Shown in pieces: positions 10,513-22,040 of a stretch of 64,000 bases of DNA. Each line of letters begins with the position of its first letter. Position 1 is the stretch's first letter. Source of the DNA: an uncultured delta proteobacterium (GTDB taxonomy: Bacteria; Desulfobacterota; Syntrophobacteria; Syntrophobacterales; Syntrophobacteraceae); assembly GCA_963808625.1 (NCBI GenBank), contig CAWEHK010000043.1:32001-96000 (forward strand), given 5' to 3'. The notes below the pieces were generated by a model, which saw only the letters and a program-made list of their open reading frames with translations, searched no databases and was not told the DNA's origin. Made by a program: the position numbers and the translations under genes.

Positions 10513-10526
10513 GTCGTGGAGGGAAG

Positions 10527-10577
10527 TGATGAGTAATGAGTGATGAGTGATGAGTGATGAGTGATGAGTGATGAGTG
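10527..10577. repeat. Heptamer tandem repeat (TGATGAG)n
   Basis: About 7 units. Similar heptamer arrays at ~10818-10865, ~12465-12525, ~15867-15980, ~37190-37310 and ~44950-45025. Confidence 0.85.
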
Positions 10578-10858
10578 CCGGATGCTGAGAGGATGTCCAA
10601 AAAGGCTGAAAAGGTGCCGCTGTAGTGATTGCCGCGAGCCGCCATGACAGCGTAAACAGTCCGAGATCGTCATTCCCGCATGGTTTAAGCGGGAATCCAG
10701 GTGCCTTCTGATCCCTGGACCCCCGCCAGAAGCATGCGGGGGTGACGACTGGAGGATCTTTTTGGACACGCTCTGAGTTATGGACAAGGGAATCCTCATC
10801 ATTCGCAGGTGACACCCCAACAGCCAAGAGCCAAGAGCTAACAGCTAACAGCCAACAG

Positions 10859-11913
10859 CTAACAGCTTCTCCTCGGATACGGGTGCAGCATGAAATCGGC
10901 CAGGACGAGGAGCACCATTGCTTCACAAACGGGGATGATGCGCGGGATGGCGGAAACATCGTGGCGTCCCTTGATCTGGATGGTTACCGGCCGGCCATCG
11001 GCAGTTACCGTCACCTGCGGCTTGGAAATGGATGGAATCGGTTTCACCGCCACGCGCGCGATGATCTCCATGCCCGTTGAGAGGCCGCCAAGAATGCCGC
11101 CGGCACGGTTGCCGGAATAGCCCTCGGGAGTTACCGGGTCGTTGTTTTCACTTCCCAGCATAGCGGCGGCGTTGAAACCCTCGCCGATTTCGACACCCTT
11201 GACCGCCCCGATCGACATCAGCGCTCCAGCGAGTCGGGCATCCAACTTATCGAACACCGGCTCGCCCAAGCCGGCGGGACAACCGCGAGCACAGATTTCC
11301 ACAATGCCGCCCACGGAATCTCCCGCCTCTTTCACTTCGCGCAAACGGGCTTCCATGGCCCGCGCACTTTCCGCATCCGGGCAAAACAAAGGATTCCGAT
11401 CAATTTCCTCCCCGTCGAAATGCTTGCAGCGAATCCCTCCCAGGGCCAGCGTGTAGGCTTGGACCGAAATGTCATGCCGGTTAAGAACTTTCTTGCCACG
11501 GCGCCCGCCGCCACCCGCGCGACGGTCTCACGAGCAGAGCTCCGGCCGCCGCCCCGCCAGTCCCTGATCCCATATTTCTGTTCGTAAGTGCGGTCCGCGT
11601 GGCCCGGGCGATAAACCGCCGCAAGCTCATCGTAATCGCTGCTGCGAACGTCACGATTAGACACCACGAGACTGATCGGGGTCCCGGTCGTAATCCCCTG
11701 AAAAACGCCGGAGAGGATTTCCACGTGATCCGGTTCGCGACGGCGGGAGGTGAGGGCCTTTCCCGGCCTGCGGCGCTCCAGATCGCGCTGCATGTCTTCC
11801 GCGGTCAGCGGAATCCCCGGCGGGCATCCGTCAATAACAACCCCGAGGGCCGGGCCATGGGATTCTCCCCAGGTTGTGACCCGAAACAGGCTACCAAAAG
11901 TATTGCCAGGCAT
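10859..11913 (-). CDS. aroC: Chorismate synthase (frameshift near 11470)
   Basis: GNTFG...[23 protein letters not shown] in one frame. [22 protein letters not shown] in the next. Confidence 0.95.
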
Positions 11914-12130
11914 GAGCGCTCCCTTCCCGTTTTCAGTGATCATGGCTCAGTGAGCCGACCTTGACAGTTAACTGGAAAAAGTTATTGTTCATAACGAGAT
12001 AAAGATCAAGGAAAGGATTTGGCAAGCAGCCGTTTTGATGCCATCGAGGCGGCAGGGCGAAAGACGTGGGAATCCGAAGCGTGTTCAAGGGCACAGGAGT
12101 GAGGAGCTTCAGCAGAGTGGAGGAGTGAGG

Positions 12131-12448
12131 ATGAGCGACGAGCATCATCCGGATTTTGGGGAGGACCTGGAGAGCAGGGTCGAAGAGGACCTCGAAGAGC
12201 CCCCGATGTATCGAGTGCTGCTTCACAACGATGACTACACCACCATGGAGTTCGTCGTCGAAATTCTGCAACTGGTCTTCCACAAGTCGCCTTCAGAGGC
12301 TACCCGGATCATGCTGCTCGTGCATAAGAGCGGGGTTGGGATGTGCGGCGTATTCACCGCTGAAATTGCCGAAACGAAGGTCGAACTGGTCCACCATCTG
12401 GCGAAGAAACATGGGTTCCCCTTACAATGCAGCATGGAAGAGGCTTGA
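12131..12448 (+). CDS. clpS: ATP-dependent Clp protease adaptor ClpS
   Basis: PPMYRVLLHNDDYTTMEFVV...AETKV...FPL. Confidence 0.97.
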   Translation: MSDEHHPDFGEDLESRVEEDLEEPPMYRVLLHNDDYTTMEFVVEILQLVFHKSPSEATRIMLLVHKSGVGMCGVFTAEIAETKVELVHHLAKKHGFPLQCSMEEA

Positions 12449-12559
12449 TGATCGACGGTTTCCGCTCTTGGCTGTCGGCTCTTGGCTGTTAGCTCTTGGC
12501 TCTTGGGTGTTGGCTCTTGGCTCTTAAGATTTGAGCATATGTGAAAGAAAGAAAGACTG

Positions 12560-14900
12560 ATGATCAATCGCGAACTGGAAATCACGCTTGCCGGCGCCAT
12601 CAAGGAAGCAAAAGTGAGGCGCCACGAATACTTTACCCTGGAACACATCTTATTCGCCATCCTCCACGATGTGACGGGACGGCGTATCCTCTATCACTGC
12701 GGCGCTGACCTGGAAAAGCTCAAAGCCCGCCTCGAGAAGTACCTCTCTGAGCGGATCGAGAAACTTCCCGCCGAGGTCGACCAGGACCCGATCCAGACCA
12801 TGGCCGTCCAACGCGCCATCCAGCGGGCCATCATGCACGTTCGCAGCGCTGAAAAGAAAGAGGTGGATGCAGGCGATATTCTCGCAGCCATGTTTTTTGA
12901 AGAAAATTCCTATGCCGTCTACTTCCTCAAGGCTGAAGGCGTCACCCGCCTGGACGTGGTGAGTTACATCTCCCACGGTATCTCCAAAGTGGTTGACCCC
13001 GAGGAGGAAGAATTCGGCGGACGAGCCTCGACGGTTCCTTCCCAGGAAGGCAAACCGGAGCAGAGGAAAGCCAGCAGCCCTGGAAAGCTTCACCGTCAAC
13101 CTGATCCAGAAGGCCGCAGACGGGTTGATCGATCCTCTCATCGGGCGCGAAGACGAGATCTTAAGAACCCTGCAGATCCTTGGGCGGCGGAGCAAGAACA
13201 ACCCGATCTTCGTGGGTGATCCCGGGGTCGGCAAAACCGCCATCGCCGAAGGATTGGCTCTCAAGATTCATCACCGGGAGGTCCCCGAGACGTTCTGCAA
13301 TATCGAGATTTTCGGCCTGGATATGGGAGCGCTCCTTGCCGGGACCAAGTTTCGAGGCGACTTCGAGGCGCGCCTCAAGGGTGTGCTCCAGGAGCTCAAG
13401 AAGAAACCGGGGGCCATCCTCTTCATCGATGAGATTCATACGGTGGTGGGGGCGGGAGCCACGAGCGGGGGCTCCATGGATGCCTCGAACATCCTCAAGC
13501 CGGCCCTGGTCGCCGGTGGGCTTCGCTGCATGGGGTCGACAACCTACGAGGAATACAAGAACCATTTTGAAAAGGATCGAGCCCTCAGCCGCCGCTTCCA
13601 GAAGGTCGAGATTCATGAACCGAGCGTCGACGAAACCTACCAGATTCTTCAAGGCTTGAAGCCATACTACGAGCAGCATCACGAGATCCGCTACGCCGAC
13701 GCCGCGCTCCGGACCGCGGCGGAACTGGCGGCGCGGCACATCAACGACCGCTATCTTCCGGACAAGGCCATCGATGTGATCGACGAAACCGGCGCGAGCC
13801 TGCGTCTGAAAAAGGACCGCCGTGTGCGGCGCGTCGTGGGTCCGAAAGACATTGAACAGGTCGTGGCCCGTATTGCGAGGGTCCCCCCGCGTTCGGTTTC
13901 GGCCTCGGACCAGTTGCGCCTCCAGAGTCTCGACTATGAACTGAGAAGCCAGGTCTTCGGGCAGGACTCGGCCATTCAAGTTCTCGCCAAAGCCATCAAG
14001 CGCTCGCGGGCCGGGTTGCGCATCCCCGAAAAACCCATCGGCTCGTTCCTGCTCATGGGCCCGACCGGGGTTGGCAAGACCGAAGCGGCAAGGCAGTTGG
14101 CCCGGATTCTTGGAGTAAATTTCCTGCGCTTCGATATGAGCGAGTACATGGAAAAGCATACCGTATCCCGCCTCATCGGCGCCCCGCCCGGATACATCGG
14201 CTTCGACCAGGGAGGACTGCTGACCGACGCGATTCGCAAACAGCCCCACACGGTTTTACTCCTGGACGAGATCGAAAAGGCCCATCCCGATCTTTTCAGC
14301 ATCCTCCTGCAGATTATGGATCATGCTACCCTGACGGACAACAACGGCAAGAAGGCCGACTTCCGCAACGTCATTCTGCTCATGACCTCCAACGCCGGGG
14401 CCCGGGAGATGAGCAGCCCCTCCATCGGGTTCGGCCAGAAAGAGGATGACCATCGTGCCGCGAAAGGGATGAAGGCCATCGAGAACCTGTTCAGTCCTGA
14501 ATTCAGGAACCGCCTTGACGGCATCATTACCTTCAACGGGCTCTCCATCGAAATCATGGAACGGATTGTGGACAAATTCATCACCGAGATGGAAGGGCAA
14601 CTGGCGGAAAAACGGGTGCGCCTCGAGCTCAGCCCGGCAGCACGCCTGTGGCTGGCGGAACGGGGCCATGATCCGGCGTTCGGAGCCCGCCCGCTTTCCC
14701 GGCTGATCCAGTCCGAAATCAAGGACGTCCTCGCCGATGAGATCCTCTTCGGACGCCTCCGGCAGGGCGGCATGGTGCGGATTGAGCGGCCGGAGGACGG
14801 CCCCCCGGCGGCGGACCAAACGTTGAAGACCGAGAACCTCTGTTTTCTGATCACGGAAACCTCCCCTTCGCGAGCGTCATTGGTGGTCAGTGAACAGTGA
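12560..14900 (+). CDS. clpA: ATP-dependent Clp protease ATP-binding subunit ClpA (frameshift near 13070)
   Basis: Clp N-domain (RRHEYFTLEH), two AAA modules (GDPGVGKT, GPTGVGKT), RFDMSEY. Lies between clpS and aat. Confidence 0.95.
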
Positions 14901-15618
14901 TCACAAAACGATGCCCGTTTTTCGCCTGACCCACAAACTCATCTTCCCCCCGGCTCACCACGCCGACCCTGACGGCCTGCTGGCCGTCGGCGGCGATCTC
15001 TCCCCCGAACGGCTGCTGCTCGCCTACCAGCAAGGGATCTTCCCCTGGTACTCGGCGAACATGCCTATTCTCTGGTGGTCCCCCGACCCGCGCCTCGTTC
15101 TTTTCCCCGATGAATTGAAGGTCTCAAAAAGCCTGCACCGCGCGCTGAAAAAGGGCGTCTTCAAAGTGACCGCGGATCGGGCCTTTCTGGAAGTGATCCG
15201 GCATTGTGCGGCGGTGAAGCGGGAGTATGGGGAGGGCACCTGGATTGTGCCGGAAATGGTCGAAGCCTATCACTCGCTGCATCGGCTCGGCTATGCCCAT
15301 TCCGTAGAAAGCTGGCAGGAAGGGGAACTGGTCGGAGGTCTCTACGGGGTGGCCATGGGGCATGTTTTTTTCGGAGAATCCATGTTCACCGAAAAGACCG
15401 ATGCGTCCAAAGTCGCGCTGGTCCACCTCGTGAGATTGCTCCGGCAATGGCATTTCGAACTGATCGACTGCCAGGTCACCACAGCCCATCTCAAAAGCTT
15501 CGGTGCGCGCGAGATTTCTCGCCAGGATTTCTTCGAGCGCCTCGCCGCAGCCACTGCAGAACCTGACCGTCGCGGTTCCTGGTCCGGTTTTTTCGAAGAC
15601 CCCCCCGATGAGGCATAG
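14890..15618 (+). CDS. aat: Leucyl/phenylalanyl-tRNA-protein transferase
   Basis: GLLAVGGDL, GIFPWY, WWSPDPR, FFGESMF, DASK. Confidence 0.95.
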   Translation: MNSDHKTMPVFRLTHKLIFPPAHHADPDGLLAVGGDLSPERLLLAYQQGIFPWYSANMPILWWSPDPRLVLFPDELKVSKSLHRALKKGVFKVTADRAFLEVIRHCAAVKREYGEGTWIVPEMVEAYHSLHRLGYAHSVESWQEGELVGGLYGVAMGHVFFGESMFTEKTDASKVALVHLVRLLRQWHFELIDCQVTTAHLKSFGAREISRQDFFERLAAATAEPDRRGSWSGFFEDPPDEA

Positions 15619-16015
15619 ATTCCTGCTTGTCCCGAGGCAGCAAGTCCTTTAAGCTTGCTCGACCCTGATAAGCATCTCACCGCAGAGACGCAGAGGTCGC
15701 AGAGAAAACCATATCATGGAGCAAAATCTTGACAGAATTGCCGGAAATCAGAGGTTAACAGTGGAACTCCGCCAGCATACAAAACCCCTGCGGCGCGGGC
15801 ATTCCTGCCCGCGTACCCTGTGTTCCCCGCAATAACAAAAATAAGCCCTGGAGCATGCGGGTGTTACCCATCACCCATCACCCAGCACTCAGCACCCATC
15901 ACTCATCACCCATCACCCAGCACCCAGCACTCATCACCCAGCACTCATTACTCAGCACCCAGCACCCAGCACTCAGCACTTTTTTTATGCCCCATGATCC
16001 AACTGGAGAGAACCG

Positions 16016-17077
16016 ATGAAAACTGAAATGCCCACGATTGGAAAAATATCCGCCGAGATTTTTGATGAGATCATTCTGCCGCAACTCGGCAAAAGCCGCC
16101 CGGAGATCCTTGCCGGGCCGCAGCACGGGGTGGATGTCGGGGTGATCGACATCGGCCACGGCCAGGTTATGGTGACGACCACCGATCCCATCTTTGTGGT
16201 CCCTCCCTACGGCTGGGAACGCTCGGGGTGGTTCGCCGTGCACATCCTGGCCTCGGATGCGGTCACTTCGGGCCTCCCGCCCAAATACATCACCATGGAC
16301 CTCAACCTGCCGCTTGCCATCACCCGGGAACAATTCGAAGTCCTCTGGGGGGTCATGCACCGGGAATGCGAACGCCTCGGGATGGCGATCATTTCGGGTC
16401 ACACGGGCCGCTACGAGGGCTGCGATTACCCGATGATCGGCGGCGCCACCGTTATTTGCGTGGGTCCCAGGGACCAGTATGTGACCCCCGCCATGGCCCA
16501 GGTCAATGACGCCATTGTCATTACCAAGGGCGCCGCCATCGAGGCGTCGGGATTGTTCGCCGTAACCTTCCCCGGAAAAGTCGCCGAACGCTATGGCGAG
16601 CAGTTCGCCGCCGAAGCGGAACAGATTTTCTGGCAGATGTCCGTCGTCGAGGATGCCCTGACAGCCGTTACCGTGGGCGTTCGCGAGAACGGCATTACGG
16701 CCATGCACGATGCTACGGAATGCGGGATCTGGGGAGGCCTGTTCGAGATCGCGCAGGCTTCCGAAGTGGGCATGGTGGTTGATAAGGATAAAATCATTGT
16801 GCAGGAACCGGTGCGGAAAGTCTGCGACCTCTTTGGCATCGACCCGTATATCTCGATCAGTGAAGGCACCCTGATCACCACCTGCCGGCCCCACAAGGCC
16901 GGGGAACTCATCACGCGGCTCCAGGACAAGGGCATTCCCGCCAGCATCGTCGGGGAGATAACGGAAGCCGGTCAGGGCCTTCACTACTTCGAGGGCGGCC
17001 GCAAGCACGAGCTCATCCACCCCCGCGTCGATCCGTTCTGGGCGGCCTTCGGCAAGGCGGCATCGGAGAGCGCTTGA
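16016..17077 (+). CDS. AIR synthase (PurM-like/HypE-like) family protein
   Basis: GKI, TTDP, ISGHTG, AMHDATECG, SEGTL motifs. Confidence 0.8.
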   Translation: MKTEMPTIGKISAEIFDEIILPQLGKSRPEILAGPQHGVDVGVIDIGHGQVMVTTTDPIFVVPPYGWERSGWFAVHILASDAVTSGLPPKYITMDLNLPLAITREQFEVLWGVMHRECERLGMAIISGHTGRYEGCDYPMIGGATVICVGPRDQYVTPAMAQVNDAIVITKGAAIEASGLFAVTFPGKVAERYGEQFAAEAEQIFWQMSVVEDALTAVTVGVRENGITAMHDATECGIWGGLFEIAQASEVGMVVDKDKIIVQEPVRKVCDLFGIDPYISISEGTLITTCRPHKAGELITRLQDKGIPASIVGEITEAGQGLHYFEGGRKHELIHPRVDPFWAAFGKAASESA

Positions 17078-17446
17078 TTGGTTCTATAATTGTTTAGGCT
17101 GAGAACCTTCGTTTTGGCAACTCAGGAATTCACCGCAGAGTACGCTGAGATCGCAGAGAAATCCTAATGATTTCAGAGCGAAATCTCTCTGCGCACGCTG
17201 CGCTCTCCGCAGTGAAGAAAGAACCGGTTCATCCTTAACCAGTATAACTCATGGCGCGAGGTGATTCGGATTCATCGCATCCGAGATGATTTTTCTCGAC
17301 ACACTCTAATACTGCAACGAGGTTTGCGCAGGGGGCCTTAATCTGCGGGGCAGGCTTTCCAGCCTGCCTTTTGGCCGCTTCGGCATGGCAGGCTGGAAAG
17401 CCTGCCCCACGCGGATTGGAGTTTCACACAAAGTACCGTTGTAGTA

Positions 17447-17893
17447 CTAAGGTTTCTTCAGTTGGTTGATATCGATGGGGAGTGCCGCCGTCCGGCCTTC
17501 CTGAAGGTCAAAAAAAGCCCTGAGTTCGGCCTCAGTCAGCACCTTGGCATACTCGTCCACGAGGTATCCTGCCAAACCCTGGGCATCCCGGGCCAGCCCC
17601 TTTGCGAAAAACCTTCGCAGGGGGTACTTGAGGGCAAGCCAGAGCCGCCTCTTTTCCACCTTCTGCTGGATGGCCCAGAGGGCCTCGCGACGCGCCTGCG
17701 GGAAGTCACACCCCAGGCGGTGGTCGATGGCAAGGTCCAGCTCCAACCGGCGCACCTGCCTCTCCTGGTCCTGGGTGGGCAGGGGAGGCAAGTCGCGGTG
17801 AAGCTCGATTATCCTTCTGTCGTATTCTTCGTCGCTAAGACGAGGGCCGTACTTAAATTCTTCCTGCATCGTCCGGACCCGTTCCTTCGCCAT
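17447..17893 (-). CDS. Hypothetical protein
   Basis: 148-aa ORF 27 bp downstream of the 18804-17920 gene. Confidence 0.6.
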   Translation of the reverse strand: MAKERVRTMQEEFKYGPRLSDEEYDRRIIELHRDLPPLPTQDQERQVRRLELDLAIDHRLGCDFPQARREALWAIQQKVEKRRLWLALKYPLRRFFAKGLARDAQGLAGYLVDEYAKVLTEAELRAFFDLQEGRTAALPIDINQLKKP

Positions 17894-17919
17894 GTTGTTT
17901 CACGAGGCGGCAGACCAGT

Positions 17920-18804
17920 TTATTTTTCGCCGTATGCTTGCGCGACGATACTTGGGTCAGCCAGGACCACTCTTTCGCTGCGTTTCAGTCCAAAGAGCAA
18001 TTTGTACTGAGCCGCTTTGAGAGCGCCGGCTGCGGCGTCCTGGAAGAGAACCGTCTCCCGGTTGAAGGCTTCCACGAATTCGCCGACCTTCATTTCTCCG
18101 CTGTTGAACAAATCCTCGACTTTCATCCGCGACCACTCCGCCGACAAGCGTACATCCCGCAGTTTGGCAGACACGGACTTATCAAGTTGGGCACCCAGGC
18201 TGTATTCTACCTGGTACATGAACAGCCTGAGATGGAAGTTCGCCAGGTCAGGCCCGGCCAATCCCCTGGCAGACCGGAGTACGCGATCATCCTTCTTGTA
18301 GATGGCCAGTACGCCCTTAATGTATTTTTGCTCACTCTCACTCTCCTCTGCCAACCGAGCGAGGGCCTTTGGGCTGGCCTTCTTGACTGCCGGCTGTGCT
18401 TCAACGCATTCCGGAAGGTCGCCGGTCACCTCAGGGTGCTGATGGAAAGGCGACAGGCATGTGCCGAGCGGACCCCTCGGCCGGCCGTAGGTGCCGTACA
18501 TGGCTTCTGAGACACCATATCCGCGAGCGCCTCGAACCGTAATGGTCGCCGGAAAAAGAATGCGGTTGGCAGCCTGGTGGCATACGCCGTTTATGAGATA
18601 GCACTTGATGCCGGCGCGTTCGTCCGGTCCGGCGATGGCATCAGCCCGCTTGGTGCTGCCGGTGCCCCGGCGCAGTTCGGTGCCACCCGTCTTGCCCCCC
18701 CAGCACCCCCAGGCCTTACCGCCCGTCCCGCACATGACGTACGTATGGTCGGCAAGGTCCGCAAACAAATCTGTCGGATACGTCATTACCACAAGTGTTC
18801 CCAT
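17920..18804 (-). CDS. Hypothetical protein with His/Cys-containing N-terminal domain
   Basis: ATG at 18804 after AGGAGA. Motifs ADHTYV...YLINGVCHQAANRIL. Confidence 0.65.
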   Translation of the reverse strand: MGTLVVMTYPTDLFADLADHTYVMCGTGGKAWGCWGGKTGGTELRRGTGSTKRADAIAGPDERAGIKCYLINGVCHQAANRILFPATITVRGARGYGVSEAMYGTYGRPRGPLGTCLSPFHQHPEVTGDLPECVEAQPAVKKASPKALARLAEESESEQKYIKGVLAIYKKDDRVLRSARGLAGPDLANFHLRLFMYQVEYSLGAQLDKSVSAKLRDVRLSAEWSRMKVEDLFNSGEMKVGEFVEAFNRETVLFQDAAAGALKAAQYKLLFGLKRSERVVLADPSIVAQAYGEK

Positions 18805-19111
18805 CGATTCATTTCTCCTTTCTTCGACCAGGATTCGTCTTTTCCAGCCCACAGGAAAAAAGTCGACCGCGCCCATTTCGGTGGTAAAGCTGGTTTTCTC
18901 AACAGAACTTCGATAGAGTAGATGCTCCGCATGGGAAATGCGATGACGCCGAAGGAGTCAACTTCAATTTCGCTGGGCCGTGCCCGAGAAAAACCGAGAG
19001 TGAAAAAAACAGACGAGTACTTGTCAGTTGAGAACACCCCCAATAGAGACCGAAATGAAGGCAATGTCAACTCATATCAGTCGAAGAGAGTCTTCTTGAA
19101 AGGAACGATAG

Positions 19112-20581
19112 ATGAAGAAATCCATTTCCATTCTCATCCTCCTGGTGCTGCTGGTTTTGGGGCTATGGGGAGGCACCACTTACTGGTTTGGGGTAAAGAC
19201 CGAGGAACGCTACCGTGAACTGCTCGAGGAAGGCTCCCAGGGGCAATATGTAAAACTGCGGAACGAAAGCTACAACCGCGGATTTATGGAATCGCAGGCA
19301 CGAACCATCGTCGACTTTCGCCCGCCGTCTGATGTGGCGGCGGCAAACCCGCCGATACGGCTCATTCTGGCGCACGACATCAGTCATGGCCCCTTCCCTC
19401 TCCGCAAATCACCGGACGGAAGATGGCACATCAAACCCGTGATGGCAATTTGGCAGACGACGATCATGCTCAGCCCGGAGACTCGGGATCGCCTCGCGGG
19501 GTTCTTCGCCCAAATCCCCGAAATGCCGCCAGTGCAAGACCATACCGTTATTGATCTCGACGGGAGCGGCGAGGAGCATCTGGTCATCCCTGCTTTTCAG
19601 CATGTCCTCGGCGGCGAAGACAAGGCAGCGGTGGATTGGAAGGGACTGTCCCTGCAAGGCCGTTTCAGTGCCGACCTGAAAGCGCTCTCCGGTGCTCTGA
19701 GCGCCCCGGGTCTGGAAGTCGTCGCGAAGGACCTCGCCCTGAGGATCAGCGATTTGAAATCAGCCTTTCGTTCTCAGGAGGGGATTAGTGGCTTGTCGCT
19801 GGGGGACGTTTCCTTCGATCTTGCCGCCCTCGAATTCGCCGGAAAGGACCAGGCGAACGAACCTCAGGCCCTGCTGATTCGAAGCCTGGCCTTGAATACT
19901 TCCAGCAAAGCATCCGGAGATAACATCGATAGTCGGCTTACGGTCAGAGCCGATCGCGTGGACGTCGGCGAGACGTCTTACGGCCCGGGAGTCCTTGCAA
20001 TGGAACTGCGGAACCTCGATGCCTCTTCGGTCGTGAGACTCCAGGAGGCGGCCCGCGAGTCCCAGTCGCAACCTCCGGAGCAGACGGCAGAAGCGACGCA
20101 GTTGCTGATGCTTGCCCGGATGGGGGAAATCCTGCCGGCGTTGCTCAAGAAGTCCCCTGAGCTCGAAATCACCCAGCTTGACGTAAAAACCACCGATGGC
20201 GACTTCTCCGGCCAAGCCCGGATCGCCTTTGACGGGAAGAAGGGGGGACCCACGCTCAACCTGGTAACGCTCTTCAACGCCCTCGAGGCACAAGCCGAAT
20301 TCAAGGTTGGGGATCGCCTCCTGCGCCGTGTCGCTTCAGGCATCCTGAAAGAGAGGACCATTGCGGAGAGCAGAGAGCAGCAGCGAGCGGTTCCCGGTAC
20401 CAAAGAGCTCGATGCCATCGCCGCCGCCGCCGTCGATGAACAGCTGAAAACCCTGATGGCGCAAAACATTCTCGTCAGGGAAAATGGAAACTACCGGGCC
20501 GCTGCCGGCTACAAGGCCGGGCAGATTGTCTTGAACGGCCGTCCTCTATCACTTGGAGATCTCCTACAAGGAACCCCTTAG
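19112..20581 (+). CDS. YdgA/DUF945 family protein
   Basis: N-terminal TM anchor, YNRGFMES, HDISHGPFP, C-terminal GQIVLNG. Confidence 0.8.
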   Translation: MKKSISILILLVLLVLGLWGGTTYWFGVKTEERYRELLEEGSQGQYVKLRNESYNRGFMESQARTIVDFRPPSDVAAANPPIRLILAHDISHGPFPLRKSPDGRWHIKPVMAIWQTTIMLSPETRDRLAGFFAQIPEMPPVQDHTVIDLDGSGEEHLVIPAFQHVLGGEDKAAVDWKGLSLQGRFSADLKALSGALSAPGLEVVAKDLALRISDLKSAFRSQEGISGLSLGDVSFDLAALEFAGKDQANEPQALLIRSLALNTSSKASGDNIDSRLTVRADRVDVGETSYGPGVLAMELRNLDASSVVRLQEAARESQSQPPEQTAEATQLLMLARMGEILPALLKKSPELEITQLDVKTTDGDFSGQARIAFDGKKGGPTLNLVTLFNALEAQAEFKVGDRLLRRVASGILKERTIAESREQQRAVPGTKELDAIAAAAVDEQLKTLMAQNILVRENGNYRAAAGYKAGQIVLNGRPLSLGDLLQGTP

Positions 20582-20745
20582 TGCAGTGTTGCATCAATAA
20601 GTGTCCGAAGTCATTTCGTCATACCGGCGAAAGCCGGTATCCAGGCAATTTTTCTGGATTCCGGTTTTCACCGGAATGACGCGCCAGGTATATCGTCACT
20701 TTATTGTGCGAGCCTGTGCTCAGCAACCTAGCGGAGCCGAACCGG

Positions 20746-22002
20746 ATGAGCACCCCTTCAAAGATTGCCGTCGCCGCGAGCAACGCTTTTATCGATACCT
20801 GTGAATTCCCGCCCACCGGCTCCGGCCCGCTGGACGGGTTGCGGTTTGCCGTGAAGGACCTGATCGAGGTGGCGGGCGTGAAGACCGGCTGCGGCAACCC
20901 GAGCTGGCGCGACTCGCATCCCCCGGCCGTCGCCCATGCCGTCTGTGTCGAGCAGCTCCTGCGTGCGGGCGCCCGCGGCGTCGGCAAGACCATTTTGGAT
21001 GAATTGGCCTTCAGCCTCATCGGCGAAAATCACTTTTACGGAACACCGCTCAATCCTGCCGCTCCGGACCGCGTTCCCGGAGGCTCGTCGAGCGGGTCGG
21101 CGTCGGCGGTAGCGTGCGGCCTGGTCGATTTTGCCCTGGGCACGGATACGGGTGGCTCCGTGCGCGTACCGGCGAGCAATTGCGGCATCTATGGCTTTCG
21201 ACCGTCACATGGCTTCATTTCGGTGGCCGGCGTCAATCCCTTGGCCCCCACCTTCGACACCGTCGGCGTTCTTGCGCGGGACGCGGCCGTGCTGGCACGA
21301 GTCGCCGCGGTCTTGCTCGCCTGGGAGCCTGCGCCTGCGGCCGCGGAACCACCCGCCACCGTTCATCTGCTGCGCGACGCCTTCGACCTTGCCGACCCGG
21401 AGGTTCAAGAGGCGCTGGCCGAGCCGGTGCAGTGGCTCAAGGCCCAATTCGGCGAGCGCTTCCGCGAAATCTCCCTCCGCGATATCGACGGCGATGAGAC
21501 CGGTGCGGGCCTCGCGGCATGGTGTGACACGTACTGTGTGCTGCAATGGGCCGAGATCAGAAGCTCCCTCGGGGCCTGGATCGCCGACGCCAAGCCGATT
21601 CTTGGCCCGACCATCGCCGCGAGTTTTGAGCTGACCGCTCAGCTCGACCGCCGCCGCCTTGCCGAAGCCGTGGCGCAACGCGAACGCACCTATCGATGCC
21701 TGCAAAGGTTTTTCGGACCCCACGACCTCATCTGCATGCCGACCGCACCGACCCCGGCCCCGCTCAAGGGCCAGCCCCTCGTGCGCACCCCGAGCGGCAG
21801 CGGATACTATCCCCATACCCTGGCCCTGACCAGTGTCGCCGGCATCGGGCGCCTGCCGCAGGTATCGTTGCCGCTGGCCACGGCCTCCGGCCTGCCCATT
21901 GGCCTGTCTTTGCTGGCCGGGCGTGGGCAGGACGCCCTTCTGCTCCAAGTGGTGAAAGGCCTGGGTTCGGCAGGCTGGCATTACGCCCATGCCGTGCTTT
22001 AA
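20746..22002 (+). CDS. Amidase (amidase signature family)
   Basis: FAVKDL, GGSSSGSA, LGTDTGGSVRVPA. Confidence 0.92.
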   Translation: MSTPSKIAVAASNAFIDTCEFPPTGSGPLDGLRFAVKDLIEVAGVKTGCGNPSWRDSHPPAVAHAVCVEQLLRAGARGVGKTILDELAFSLIGENHFYGTPLNPAAPDRVPGGSSSGSASAVACGLVDFALGTDTGGSVRVPASNCGIYGFRPSHGFISVAGVNPLAPTFDTVGVLARDAAVLARVAAVLLAWEPAPAAAEPPATVHLLRDAFDLADPEVQEALAEPVQWLKAQFGERFREISLRDIDGDETGAGLAAWCDTYCVLQWAEIRSSLGAWIADAKPILGPTIAASFELTAQLDRRRLAEAVAQRERTYRCLQRFFGPHDLICMPTAPTPAPLKGQPLVRTPSGSGYYPHTLALTSVAGIGRLPQVSLPLATASGLPIGLSLLAGRGQDALLLQVVKGLGSAGWHYAHAVL

Positions 22003-22040
22003 TATTTCAGCCGTCAGTCAAACGATACGAAGGAGGTCCC

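Noticed and set aside
15620..16015. Riboswitch upstream of the AIR-synthase-family gene
   Set aside because: No TPP or other aptamer consensus was recognised. The region is explained by repeat families.
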